Made by a program: the position numbers and the translations under genes. Source: an uncultured Thermoplasmatales archaeon (lineage in GTDB: Archaea > Thermoplasmatota > E2 > DHVEG-1). From it: 54,702 bases of DNA. Numbering within the stretch: the stretch's first letter is position 1; each line of letters starts with the position of its first letter. Below are positions 18,781-27,395 of the stretch, one piece after another. The DNA is taken from assembly GCA_964578185.1 (NCBI GenBank), contig CAZOBL010000002.1:15007-69708 (forward strand), given 5' to 3'. The notes beneath the pieces were generated by a model. The model ran no database searches. It was not told the origin of the DNA and saw only the letters and a list, made by a program, of their open reading frames with translations.

Positions 18781-19353
18781 TTACTTTTTACATAAACCTA
18801 CAAAGTTTTTAAACATCTGCTCGCCGTATTCTGTGTTTTCAACTTCTGGGTGAAACTGAAGTCCATAAAAAGGTTTATCTTTGTGTTTTATTGCTTGTAC
18901 TATGCAGTCTTTACTGGATGCAAGTAGATCGAAGCAACCTGGAACTTTTGTCACTTCATCGTTATGCGATTCCCATACAATTGATTTTTTTGGGACACTA
19001 TTAAAAAAATCATCCTCTTTGATTATTTCAAGTTCTACTTTTCCAAATTCAGGTGTTTCTGCTGGTTTTGCGTCTCCTCCAAAAAAACGCGCTATATATT
19101 GGTGACCAGCACAAATCCCTATTATAGGAAAATCTGCTTTTTTAAGATATTCATCAATATTACCTAATGCTTCTGATAGCCCAATTCTAGGTGCTCCACC
19201 AGATAAAACAAGCCCGTCTATTTTTTCATCAAGTAATTCCTTGAATTGTGTGGTATTTGGAATAATTTTTGTTTCAACATCCAAATATTTCAAACAGCGC
19301 CATTCTCTATGTGTCCACTGCCCGCCATTGTCAACAACAAATATTTTTGCCAT
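18781..19353 (-). CDS. guaAA: GMP synthase (glutamine-hydrolysing) subunit A, glutamine amidotransferase
   Basis: Class I GATase GICAGHQ ... LQFHPE. 190 aa. Lies 3 nt downstream of the subunit B gene. Confidence 0.92.
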   Translation of the reverse strand: MAKIFVVDNGGQWTHREWRCLKYLDVETKIIPNTTQFKELLDEKIDGLVLSGGAPRIGLSEALGNIDEYLKKADFPIIGICAGHQYIARFFGGDAKPAETPEFGKVELEIIKEDDFFNSVPKKSIVWESHNDEVTKVPGCFDLLASSKDCIVQAIKHKDKPFYGLQFHPEVENTEYGEQMFKNFVGLCKK

Positions 19354-19356
19354 ATT

Positions 19357-20313
19357 TTATTCCCATTCAATTGTTCCCGGTGGCTTATTGGTTACATCAT
19401 ATACAACTCTATTTATTTTATCTCCTAGAAGATTTGTAATTCTCGTTGAAATCCTATCAAGAACTTCATTTGGAATTTTGGAATATGAACATGTCATAGC
19501 ATCTATACTTTTTACTGCTCTTATTGCTATGATGTCCCCATATACTCTCCTATCGCCATGCACACCCACTGTTTTTGATGGAATCAGTACTGCAAAATAT
19601 TGCCAAGGTTTTTCCATTTTTTTATTAGATGCTGCTTTTTCAATTTCTTTTTCAACGATATCACACGCTACCCTAACAGTTTCTGTACGTTCAGGTGTTG
19701 CTTCACCAATTATTCTGATTGCTAACCCTGGCCCTGGGAAGGGCTGCCTTTCGGCTACAGATAATTTAAGCTTTCTTGCAACTTTTCTGACTTCATCTTT
19801 ATAAAGATCTCTTAAAGGCTCTACTAGTTTTAACTTCATTTTTTTTGGCAGTCCGCCGACGTTGTGATGTGATTTTATTGTATCTCGTAGTTCCCCGCCG
19901 GATTCAATCCAATCAGGTGCTATAGTTCCTTGTACAAGATACTCGATATTTTCTTTTTCAGCTACTTCTTCAAATATTTTTATAAATTTCTGACCAATTA
20001 TTTTTCGCTTTTTTTCAGGGTCCCTAACATTTTTTAAAGCAGAATAGAATTCTTTACTTGCGTTAATAAAACGATAGTTTAAGCCAATTTCATCCATCAA
20101 TTTTTTAACATTTTTGGATTCATATTTTCTCATATATCCTGTGTCAACATGTACCGCAATCAAATCTTTTCCAATCGCTTTGTTAACAAGGCCTGCACAA
20201 ACAGTACTGTCTACGCCGCCTGAAAAAGCGATTAATGCTTTTCCATCTATAGATTTCTTAAGATTTGAAATCGCTTCTTCAACAAATCTATCTGCTTTAA
20301 ACATTTTTTCCAT
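19357..20313 (-). CDS. guaAB: GMP synthase subunit B, ATP pyrophosphatase
   Basis: PP-loop AFSGGVDSTV, plus C-terminal dimerisation motifs GLPKKM, PFPGPGLAIR, KPPGTIEWE. Confidence 0.93.
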   Translation of the reverse strand: MEKMFKADRFVEEAISNLKKSIDGKALIAFSGGVDSTVCAGLVNKAIGKDLIAVHVDTGYMRKYESKNVKKLMDEIGLNYRFINASKEFYSALKNVRDPEKKRKIIGQKFIKIFEEVAEKENIEYLVQGTIAPDWIESGGELRDTIKSHHNVGGLPKKMKLKLVEPLRDLYKDEVRKVARKLKLSVAERQPFPGPGLAIRIIGEATPERTETVRVACDIVEKEIEKAASNKKMEKPWQYFAVLIPSKTVGVHGDRRVYGDIIAIRAVKSIDAMTCSYSKIPNEVLDRISTRITNLLGDKINRVVYDVTNKPPGTIEWE

Positions 20314-20760
20314 CTAACCGTTGATTATCTTCTTCCTTCTTTTTTCCCTATATTTTTCTATTTCTTCAGATAATTTTTCATCTTTAACTGATAGAATTTC
20401 TATTGCTAGTAGCGCTGCATTATCTCCTCTATCAAGGCCTACAGCTGCAACTGGTATTCCAGGCGGCATCTGAACAATTGATAGAATTGAATCAAAATTT
20501 ATTTTACCAGATACTGGAACACCTATAACAGGCTTTGTAGTATGTGCTGCGATAGAACCAGGAAGTGCTGCTGAGAGACCTGCTATAGCTATAAATACAT
20601 CTGCATCACTTTTTTTAATAAGTTCTTTTAAATAATCTGGTGTTCTATGTGCTGATGCAACTTTTATATCATATTCTACACTAAAATCTCTCAATATTCT
20701 TTCAGATTTGTCTGCAACTGGCATATCTGATTTTGATCCCATTATTATTTGTATTTTCAT
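20314..20760 (-). CDS. purE: Phosphoribosylaminoimidazole carboxylase catalytic subunit / N5-CAIR mutase family (PurE)
   Basis: [11 protein letters not shown]...VASAHRTP...AGLSAALPG...PVIGVP. Abuts guaAB with no gap. Confidence 0.9.
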   Translation of the reverse strand: MKIQIIMGSKSDMPVADKSERILRDFSVEYDIKVASAHRTPDYLKELIKKSDADVFIAIAGLSAALPGSIAAHTTKPVIGVPVSGKINFDSILSIVQMPPGIPVAAVGLDRGDNAALLAIEILSVKDEKLSEEIEKYREKRRKKIING

Positions 20761-20884
20761 TTTATCTATTCACGGAAATATAGAGTGTTTGATTTAATAT
20801 TTTCGACATTTACTTATTATTTTGTTGTTAGCTATAAACAATATTTAAATATAAGAAACATCTCTTATACAGGCCACGATAGAT

Positions 20885-22204
20885 ATGAAGATACTACTAG
20901 TTTTCCCACAGATCAAACATGGTGTAACAACATATGAGGATAGAGGAAGCTGGGCTCCAATTTTATTTGGTTATCCTGCAATTACTTTACCACATCTTGC
21001 AGCATTAACACCTAGAGCACATGAAGTCGAGATAATTAATGAAAATTATGATAAAATTGATTTTGATGCAGATGTTGATTTAGTGGGTCTAACATCACTT
21101 ACAATGACTGCCCCAAGAGTATATGAAATAGCAGATGAATTTAGAAAAAGAGGAAAAACAGTAGTTATAGGAGGTTTTCACGCATCTGCTCTGCCAGATG
21201 AAGCTAAAGAACATGCTGACAGTGTTGTTGTTGGTGAGGGAGATATTAGCTGGCCAAAATTGGTTAATGATTTTGAAAAAGGAAAATTGAAAGATTTTTA
21301 TTATGCCAATGAAGAAGTCGATATGGCAAATTTGCCACCAATAAGAAGAGACCTAATAAAGCACATGCCGATTGCTGGTGGTGTGCAATCTACAAGAGGT
21401 TGTCAACATCAATGTGAATTTTGTGCTATTACAAGTTTTTATAAACATGGTATGAAACAAAGACCTGTTGAAAAAGTAGTAGATGAAATCGAACAAATGC
21501 CAAATAAGATATTTTTGCTTCACGATCCTCATCTTACGTCAAATCCAAAATATGCTAGAGATTTTTTTAAGGAAATGATAAAGAGAAAAATCAACAAAGG
21601 ATGGATTGCAAATGGAACATCTAGTGTACTTGGTGCGATTGATGATGAATTCTTAAGTCTTGCAAGAAAATCAGGATGTGTAGAATGGTTTGTTGGATTT
21701 GAATCAGTAAATCAAGAAGCATTAAACCATATCCATAAAACACATAATACAGTTAAAAATTTCAAGAAGACGATCAAAAGAATTCATGATTATGGAATGA
21801 CAATTCAAGGTGGAATCATTTTTGGTTTTGATGAAGATACAACTGATACTTTTGAATTAACACTTGAAAAAATAAATGATATGGACATGGATGTACTTGA
21901 AATCAATATATTAACACCTTTTCCAGGTACACCCTTGTATGATCGTTTAGAAAGAGAAGGTAGAATAATTTGTAGAGATTGGTCAAAATACAATCAGGTA
22001 GATGTTGTATTTCAGCCTAAAAATTTAACTCCTCAGCAACTTAAAGATGGTGCAAGATATGTAGCTAAAGAGTTCTATACAATGCCTAAGGTTCTTATTA
22101 GAAATTTAAAGATACTGAAAACAATTAAAGCCCCTTCGTTTATCCTACCTGCTGGTACTAATTTTTCATTTAGGAAATATTACAAAAGGGATTTTAATTT
22201 TTAA
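20885..22204 (+). CDS. B12-binding-domain radical SAM protein (class B-like)
   Basis: N-terminal Rossmann-like MKILLVFPQ...VGLTSL...VVIGGFHASA. CxxxCxxC appears as TRGCQHQCEFCAI. Confidence 0.8.
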   Translation: MKILLVFPQIKHGVTTYEDRGSWAPILFGYPAITLPHLAALTPRAHEVEIINENYDKIDFDADVDLVGLTSLTMTAPRVYEIADEFRKRGKTVVIGGFHASALPDEAKEHADSVVVGEGDISWPKLVNDFEKGKLKDFYYANEEVDMANLPPIRRDLIKHMPIAGGVQSTRGCQHQCEFCAITSFYKHGMKQRPVEKVVDEIEQMPNKIFLLHDPHLTSNPKYARDFFKEMIKRKINKGWIANGTSSVLGAIDDEFLSLARKSGCVEWFVGFESVNQEALNHIHKTHNTVKNFKKTIKRIHDYGMTIQGGIIFGFDEDTTDTFELTLEKINDMDMDVLEINILTPFPGTPLYDRLEREGRIICRDWSKYNQVDVVFQPKNLTPQQLKDGARYVAKEFYTMPKVLIRNLKILKTIKAPSFILPAGTNFSFRKYYKRDFNF

Positions 22205-22253
22205 TACAAATTGTGGTAAATTATTTAACCATTGAAAAAAATATTATCATATT

Positions 22254-22880
22254 ATGAATAATAAATTTTCATTTAATAACATTCCATCATCTGTATTATC
22301 ATTATATCTTCGTTCATTCAACATATATTGTAAATTGCATCATTTTTTTATCCCTCTTTTTAAAAAAAAACACCATCCAAAAGTTTTCTGCATCGGTTAT
22401 TTTAAAACTGGTACGAATTCTGTCCGTCAAGCTTTTAAAATATTGGGTTATCGTACAGGTCATTTAGTCAAAAATATTAAGAAGCCAGATGAAAACTGGG
22501 CGGAATTTATTAAGAGGTGTAATTATGATGCGTACACTGACAATCCAATCCAATTTTTGTATAAAACTATTGATGAGCACTTTCCAGATAGTAAATTTAT
22601 TTTGACTATTAGGGATACAAATTCTTTTAAAAATAGTTATTTTAATTATTTTAAGGGTACTTTTATGGAAATAACTTATGATGAGATAGATGAAATCGTT
22701 AAAAAATATGAAAAACACAATAGAGATATTTTAGAATATTTTAAAGGAAAACCAAATAAATTTTTAATAATGAATGTAATAAATGGGGATGGTTGGGAAA
22801 AATTATGTCCTTTTTTAGGTAAACCTGTGCTTGATAGGCCTTTCCCTCATAAAAACAAGGGTAGATATAAAGGTGAATAA
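22254..22880 (+). CDS. Sulfotransferase family protein (Sulfotransfer_4-like)
   Basis: PAPS-loop-like IGYFKTGTNSV; KFILTIRD; C-terminal GWEKLCPFLGKPVLDRPFPHKN matches the conserved tail of this family as I recall it. The N-terminal 35 aa are of uncertain reality. Confidence 0.6.
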   Translation: MNNKFSFNNIPSSVLSLYLRSFNIYCKLHHFFIPLFKKKHHPKVFCIGYFKTGTNSVRQAFKILGYRTGHLVKNIKKPDENWAEFIKRCNYDAYTDNPIQFLYKTIDEHFPDSKFILTIRDTNSFKNSYFNYFKGTFMEITYDEIDEIVKKYEKHNRDILEYFKGKPNKFLIMNVINGDGWEKLCPFLGKPVLDRPFPHKNKGRYKGE

Positions 22881-22884
22881 AATT

Positions 22885-23889
22885 CTAGTTAAAAGAGTAC
22901 CACCAATCAAGGTATAGATGCCATAAAAAGAATACTGCATCATCGCTTATCTCTCCAAATATTTTATTAAGATTTAGAAAGTTTTTTCCCAGTATATCCC
23001 ATTTCAAAAAATATCTATTAATAGTTTTTTTATAAGAAATGATATCGTCTTTTAACATTGCTTTACCTGCTGCTTCTCCACTTAGTAAAGCTCTATATAT
23101 ACCTTCACCTGTTAGTGGGAACGTTCCGACGCCTGCATCACCTACAAATAAGATGTTTTTATAAACTAAGGGTTTTTGAATACCTGCTGGAATTAGCCCA
23201 CCAGTTTCATAGTTGATTTCACCTGTTATATTTTCTTTTTGTTTGAATTTTTCAAGTCTGTTTTTTAGGTTGCCTGGTTTTTTAGCTATTACTCCAACCC
23301 CTAAATTTATTTCATTTATCTTTGGATTTCTTGGGAATATCCAGAAGTATCCTGTGTCAGCTGTTAAAGAAATCTCCATTTTTTTCTTGTTAAAAAAGTT
23401 AGAATTTTGTAATGTTTGTTGGTATGTATATCCTAAAACTCCTTTTTTAAAACCTAATTTGCGTTTAATTATACTTGGACAGCCAGATGCATCCACGATA
23501 TAATCTGCTGCTAGTTCTTCTATTGAATTAATTTTTGCATTCGTTTTTATTTTTACGCCAGCTTTTTCTGCTCTTTTACCTAGCTGCGATATAAAAGCTT
23601 GGCGATTTAACATGAAAGCACTACCAGGCTTTCTTTTTAGTATATATTTTTTATCTTTTACTACTGTTACAGCTTTTTCAATTTCATTAAAAATACTTTT
23701 TCCTTTTGGCGTCCAGTGTCCCCATTCTCTTTCACAGGAATATCCTTCGCCGCATCGTCTCCCGTCAGGGTTATATCCAATTTTTTCATGTTTTTCATAT
23801 ATAGATACATCGATTTTATTGTTACTTTCTTTTATTGTTATTGCAGTACTCAGTCCCGCAAGCCCTCCGCCAATTATTTCAACTTTTAT
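22885..23889 (-). CDS. Second geranylgeranyl-reductase-like FAD-dependent oxidoreductase. The FAD-binding N-terminus is in frame upstream of the first ATG, with a probable non-canonical ATA start.
   Basis: The ORF track starts at Met 23613. The same frame stays open to 23889 and encodes I-KVEIIGGGLAGLSTAITIKE...RRCGEGY (GxGxxG plus CGEG). GGTGAT lies 5 nt upstream of ATA 23889-23887. The C-terminal half has VDASGCPS and LFVGDAGVGTFPLTGEGIY. Confidence 0.7.
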   Translation of the reverse strand: MKVEIIGGGLAGLSTAITIKESNNKIDVSIYEKHEKIGYNPDGRRCGEGYSCEREWGHWTPKGKSIFNEIEKAVTVVKDKKYILKRKPGSAFMLNRQAFISQLGKRAEKAGVKIKTNAKINSIEELAADYIVDASGCPSIIKRKLGFKKGVLGYTYQQTLQNSNFFNKKKMEISLTADTGYFWIFPRNPKINEINLGVGVIAKKPGNLKNRLEKFKQKENITGEINYETGGLIPAGIQKPLVYKNILFVGDAGVGTFPLTGEGIYRALLSGEAAGKAMLKDDIISYKKTINRYFLKWDILGKNFLNLNKIFGEISDDAVFFLWHLYLDWWYSFN

Positions 23890-24058
23890 TTATAATCACC
23901 TTTTTTTGTTTTATTTGATAATTTATGTTATCTTTTTTTTAACATATAAATTTTTATTCTAATAATTTTTATAAAAATATATTTTTTATATTTTTTGGTT
24001 TTTTAATATTGTTTGGTAAAGATATTTATATTATACGGGAATTATCTTCAAACCTAAA

Positions 24059-25342
24059 ATGAAAAATAATGTTAATCCTTGGACTAAAAACGATGAGTTA
24101 GAACATTATCCATCTGTTATGGAATGGTGGTGTACTGAAGGTTTTTTTAAAACAATTGAAGATGATAACGAATGGAGTTTTAAAACATCTTTTAGTGAAT
24201 GGTGCACAGGTGAGAATAAAAACGGATGCATATACAAAACAACAATATTTAATCTGACAAAAAATAAATATTATGATTTTTCAATAAGAGATGACGATAA
24301 TAAACTTAAAACTATTCAAACCTCCAATGGTTTATCCGTAAATTATAATAATTCTTTTTTGAAAGGTTGTTATCCCAGATATTTAATAAGGTGTAAAGAT
24401 AAGAAAAACAAAATATCACTTGATCTAGATTTCCAATCCGAAGCTTTACCACATTGGATCGCTCAAAATGTTACTGGAGGATACCTACCAATGGGTTTTG
24501 GTTTTTACAAATATGGCTTCATCCCCAGAAATAAAATAAATGGGACAATGTCAATTGAAGATAAAAATTACAAAGTAGCAGGCACGGGCTATTATGAACA
24601 TGTATGGGGTGATTTTTCTTATAGGTCACCAATTTTAAATTTTTCATCATTTAAAAAATCACTATCAATATATTCAAAACTAATAGGTTGGTGGATACAT
24701 AATCATAAACCCAAAATACCAAATAAAATTAGAATTTTTTCTGAAAACAATCCTCTTGGATATGACTGGATTTGGGCTATTTTAGATAATGGTTGGAGCA
24801 TATTTTTTGGAAACATACTTTTCTGGCTATCAGAAGGACCAATTTTCGGAACATTAGTTTTAACAAAAGATGGAAAAAAATACAAAGAATTTTGCAACGT
24901 CAAATACAAATATAAAAATATTAAACACTCGGAAAATTTTGATTTTTATTATCCAACAGAATTTGAAATAGAAGCCAAAGATACTGAAAAAAATGAAAAA
25001 CTAAATCTTACATTTAAAAGCACATCAAAAATATATGAATATGTCTCACATCTAAAAGAAAAAAAATGGCTTGCTTTTGTTATATGTGAAATACCCGGCC
25101 AGGTGAAAGGTACATATTCTAATGACAAAGACGAATTTTTATTGACTGGCAGCTGTAAAATGGAACCACAAAGACAAATATCCTATAAAGGCCACAACTA
25201 TTTTACTATAGATTTTTTAAAACCACCTAAAGGAATTGGTTTGAACTGTGAACTTAATTCACATTTTTTAGAAAAAAAGATTAAACTAGGATTTAAGCTT
25301 GATCCCCTGCCTCATATAAATTTTGAATTTAAAAAAACATAA
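24059..25342 (+). CDS. CrtC/AttH/tocopherol-cyclase-like (lipocalin-type hydratase/cyclase superfamily) protein, paralog 1
   Basis: G-x-GYYEHVWGD motif (GTGYYEHVWGDFSY), NPWT...EHYP..MEWW N-terminus, LPHWIAQ. About 50% identical by eye to the 26094-27395 product. The superfamily call is from motif memory only. Confidence 0.5.
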   Translation: MKNNVNPWTKNDELEHYPSVMEWWCTEGFFKTIEDDNEWSFKTSFSEWCTGENKNGCIYKTTIFNLTKNKYYDFSIRDDDNKLKTIQTSNGLSVNYNNSFLKGCYPRYLIRCKDKKNKISLDLDFQSEALPHWIAQNVTGGYLPMGFGFYKYGFIPRNKINGTMSIEDKNYKVAGTGYYEHVWGDFSYRSPILNFSSFKKSLSIYSKLIGWWIHNHKPKIPNKIRIFSENNPLGYDWIWAILDNGWSIFFGNILFWLSEGPIFGTLVLTKDGKKYKEFCNVKYKYKNIKHSENFDFYYPTEFEIEAKDTEKNEKLNLTFKSTSKIYEYVSHLKEKKWLAFVICEIPGQVKGTYSNDKDEFLLTGSCKMEPQRQISYKGHNYFTIDFLKPPKGIGLNCELNSHFLEKKIKLGFKLDPLPHINFEFKKT

Positions 25343-25349
25343 AACAAAC

Positions 25350-25985
25350 TCATTTTTTTACAAGCCCTACAGAGATTAATCTACCGTGGTTCTTGTGATA
25401 AATTATCCCTTTAATTTCGAATAATTCTTTTAAAAAAACATCCTCTTGTTTTAACGATCCATTTCTATCAGAAAAAGTTCTGAAAATTACAATACAATTA
25501 TTGTTAATCGACTCATGAATTCCTTCCAATACTTGTTTTTGAGGTTCCAATCCATGTGATAATAAAATTACATCATATCCTTTTTTTTCAAAATCTAATG
25601 CATCTGCACAAAAAATTTTTATATTTTTAACATCCCCAATTTTTTTTAAACATTTTTCCGCTCTTTTAACAAAAACATCATTTTTGTCTATGCCAGTGAT
25701 TTCAGCTTTTGTTTTTTGAGCAATTAAAATAGATGTTGAAGGAATAGGTCCACATCCGATGTGTAAAACTTTGCTTTTTGAAGATATTTCACCTAAATTT
25801 ATTTCTTCGGGTATCATATCGTCATAGAATTTTATGTAATATTGTAAAATCTTGTCAAATTTTAATGCAATGTTTTCAAATATTTTAAATAAAAAATCAA
25901 TTAATTTTTTCAGACGATTAATATCAAATTTTCGACTAAAAATGTTTAGTGGTTTTTGAACGTATCTTTCTTTTTTATCAATCAT
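25350..25985 (-). CDS. Class I SAM-dependent methyltransferase-fold protein (SAM motif somewhat nicotianamine-synthase-like)
   Basis: Motif I VLHIGCGPIPSTSILIA, followed by ITGIDKN and CADALDF...YDVILLSH. Confidence 0.6.
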   Translation of the reverse strand: MIDKKERYVQKPLNIFSRKFDINRLKKLIDFLFKIFENIALKFDKILQYYIKFYDDMIPEEINLGEISSKSKVLHIGCGPIPSTSILIAQKTKAEITGIDKNDVFVKRAEKCLKKIGDVKNIKIFCADALDFEKKGYDVILLSHGLEPQKQVLEGIHESINNNCIVIFRTFSDRNGSLKQEDVFLKELFEIKGIIYHKNHGRLISVGLVKK

Positions 25986-26093
25986 CTAAAGTTCACTTTT
26001 TCCCATTTACAAATATTTTAAGGATTTTTTTATTTTATCTATATTCCTGTATTACATTTAAGTATTAATTAAATTATTTCATATTCTTAAGAG

Positions 26094-27395
26094 ATGAAAA
26101 AAGAAACTTATAATAGCAATCCTTGGACTCCAGAAGATGAAGGTGATCATTATCCTGTTATGCGAGAATGGTGGACAGTTGAAACTATTTTTAAAACCAT
26201 TGGGGAAAATAAAAAATATAATTTTTTGATTATCGCATCTTATAATACTGAGAAACCAGGTTGTTTTTTTCAGTATGCTTTAATCGATATAGAATCTGAC
26301 AATTGTGTTTTACGTGCAGATATTGATGATGATATAGATAATCTAAAAACACAAAAAAACAAGTTGGATGTCAGATATAAAAAATCCTTTATTAAAGGCT
26401 TATATCCATATTATAATATTCATGTTGAAGATACTAAAAATGATTTTGTTATAGATTTTAATTACGATTGCAAAGCTTTACCTCACTGGATAGCACAGGA
26501 TATTAGTGATGGCTGTCTACCTTTTGGTTGGAATTATTATAAATATGGTTTTATACCAAATTGCAATCTAAAAGGCAATTTTATTCATAATGGAAAAAAT
26601 TTTAAAATTCAAGGTAAAGGATATCTGGAGCATATTTGGGGTGATTGGTCTTACAAAAATCCTCTAGTAAAGACTTCTGGTTCAAAAGGAACATTTTCTA
26701 CATATATTGATTTGATTAAATGGTGGATTCATAATCATAAACCTAAAATTCCAAGGAGAATATCTTTTACAACTGAAAATAATATTTTTGGTTATGATTG
26801 GGTTTGGGGTATTACAGATAACGATTGGAGTTTTTTTTATGGTAATGTTTTATTCTGGGTTAATGAAGGACCTGCCTTTGGAGTACTATCTGTAACTCCA
26901 GATGGAAAAAAATATTGGGATTTTTCAAATATATGTTTTAAATATAACGATTTTGTATACGTTAAAGAGTATGATATCTATTTTCCCAGTGATTTAGAAC
27001 TTAAAGCAACCTTGGAAGATAAAAAATTTTTTTTAAGATTTGTATTAAACACGAAAAACTATGAATATATTGACCCCTTCGATAATAATGGTTTTTATAA
27101 AGCATTTATCTTGTCTGAGATGCCTGGTCTAATGAAAGGATATTATCAGGATTCAGAAAAAAAAATTGAACTTAAAGGCGACTGCAAAATGATGCCTTTA
27201 CGTCAACCCTCTAAACTTGGTCATAATTCCTTAACTCTTGATTTTATTAAACCACCTAAAGGTGTTGGCGTTAGTTGGATTTTAAATTCCCATTATTTAA
27301 AGAAGAAACTTAAAGGATCTATGTACTTTAACCCTCTACCTCGATTTAAGTTTAATATGAAAAAATTAAATATAAATAATTTTTCATTTTACTGA
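26094..27395 (+). CDS. CrtC/AttH/tocopherol-cyclase-like protein, paralog 2
   Basis: GKGYLEHIWGDWSY, NPWTPEDEGDHYPVMREWW, LPHWIAQ, WWIHNHKPKIP. Collinear with paralog 1 over the full length. Confidence 0.5.
   Translation: MKKETYNSNPWTPEDEGDHYPVMREWWTVETIFKTIGENKKYNFLIIASYNTEKPGCFFQYALIDIESDNCVLRADIDDDIDNLKTQKNKLDVRYKKSFIKGLYPYYNIHVEDTKNDFVIDFNYDCKALPHWIAQDISDGCLPFGWNYYKYGFIPNCNLKGNFIHNGKNFKIQGKGYLEHIWGDWSYKNPLVKTSGSKGTFSTYIDLIKWWIHNHKPKIPRRISFTTENNIFGYDWVWGITDNDWSFFYGNVLFWVNEGPAFGVLSVTPDGKKYWDFSNICFKYNDFVYVKEYDIYFPSDLELKATLEDKKFFLRFVLNTKNYEYIDPFDNNGFYKAFILSEMPGLMKGYYQDSEKKIELKGDCKMMPLRQPSKLGHNSLTLDFIKPPKGVGVSWILNSHYLKKKLKGSMYFNPLPRFKFNMKKLNINNFSFY

Noticed and set aside
19241-19804. 187-aa plus-strand ORF (similar long antisense ORFs occur at 14089-14511, 2268-2777, 40015-40461, 30560-30856 and 50486-50788)
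   Set aside because: Each lies entirely antisense to a gene with strong family motifs (guaAB, IMPase, GGR, rSAM, M18, MinD-Fd). Their compositions are typical of shadow frames.
23612-23962. 116-aa plus-strand ORF in the track
   Set aside because: It is low-complexity and hydrophobic, and exactly antisense to the in-frame FAD-binding N-terminus (GGGLAGLS...CGEG) of the minus-strand GGR-like gene. It is a shadow ORF.
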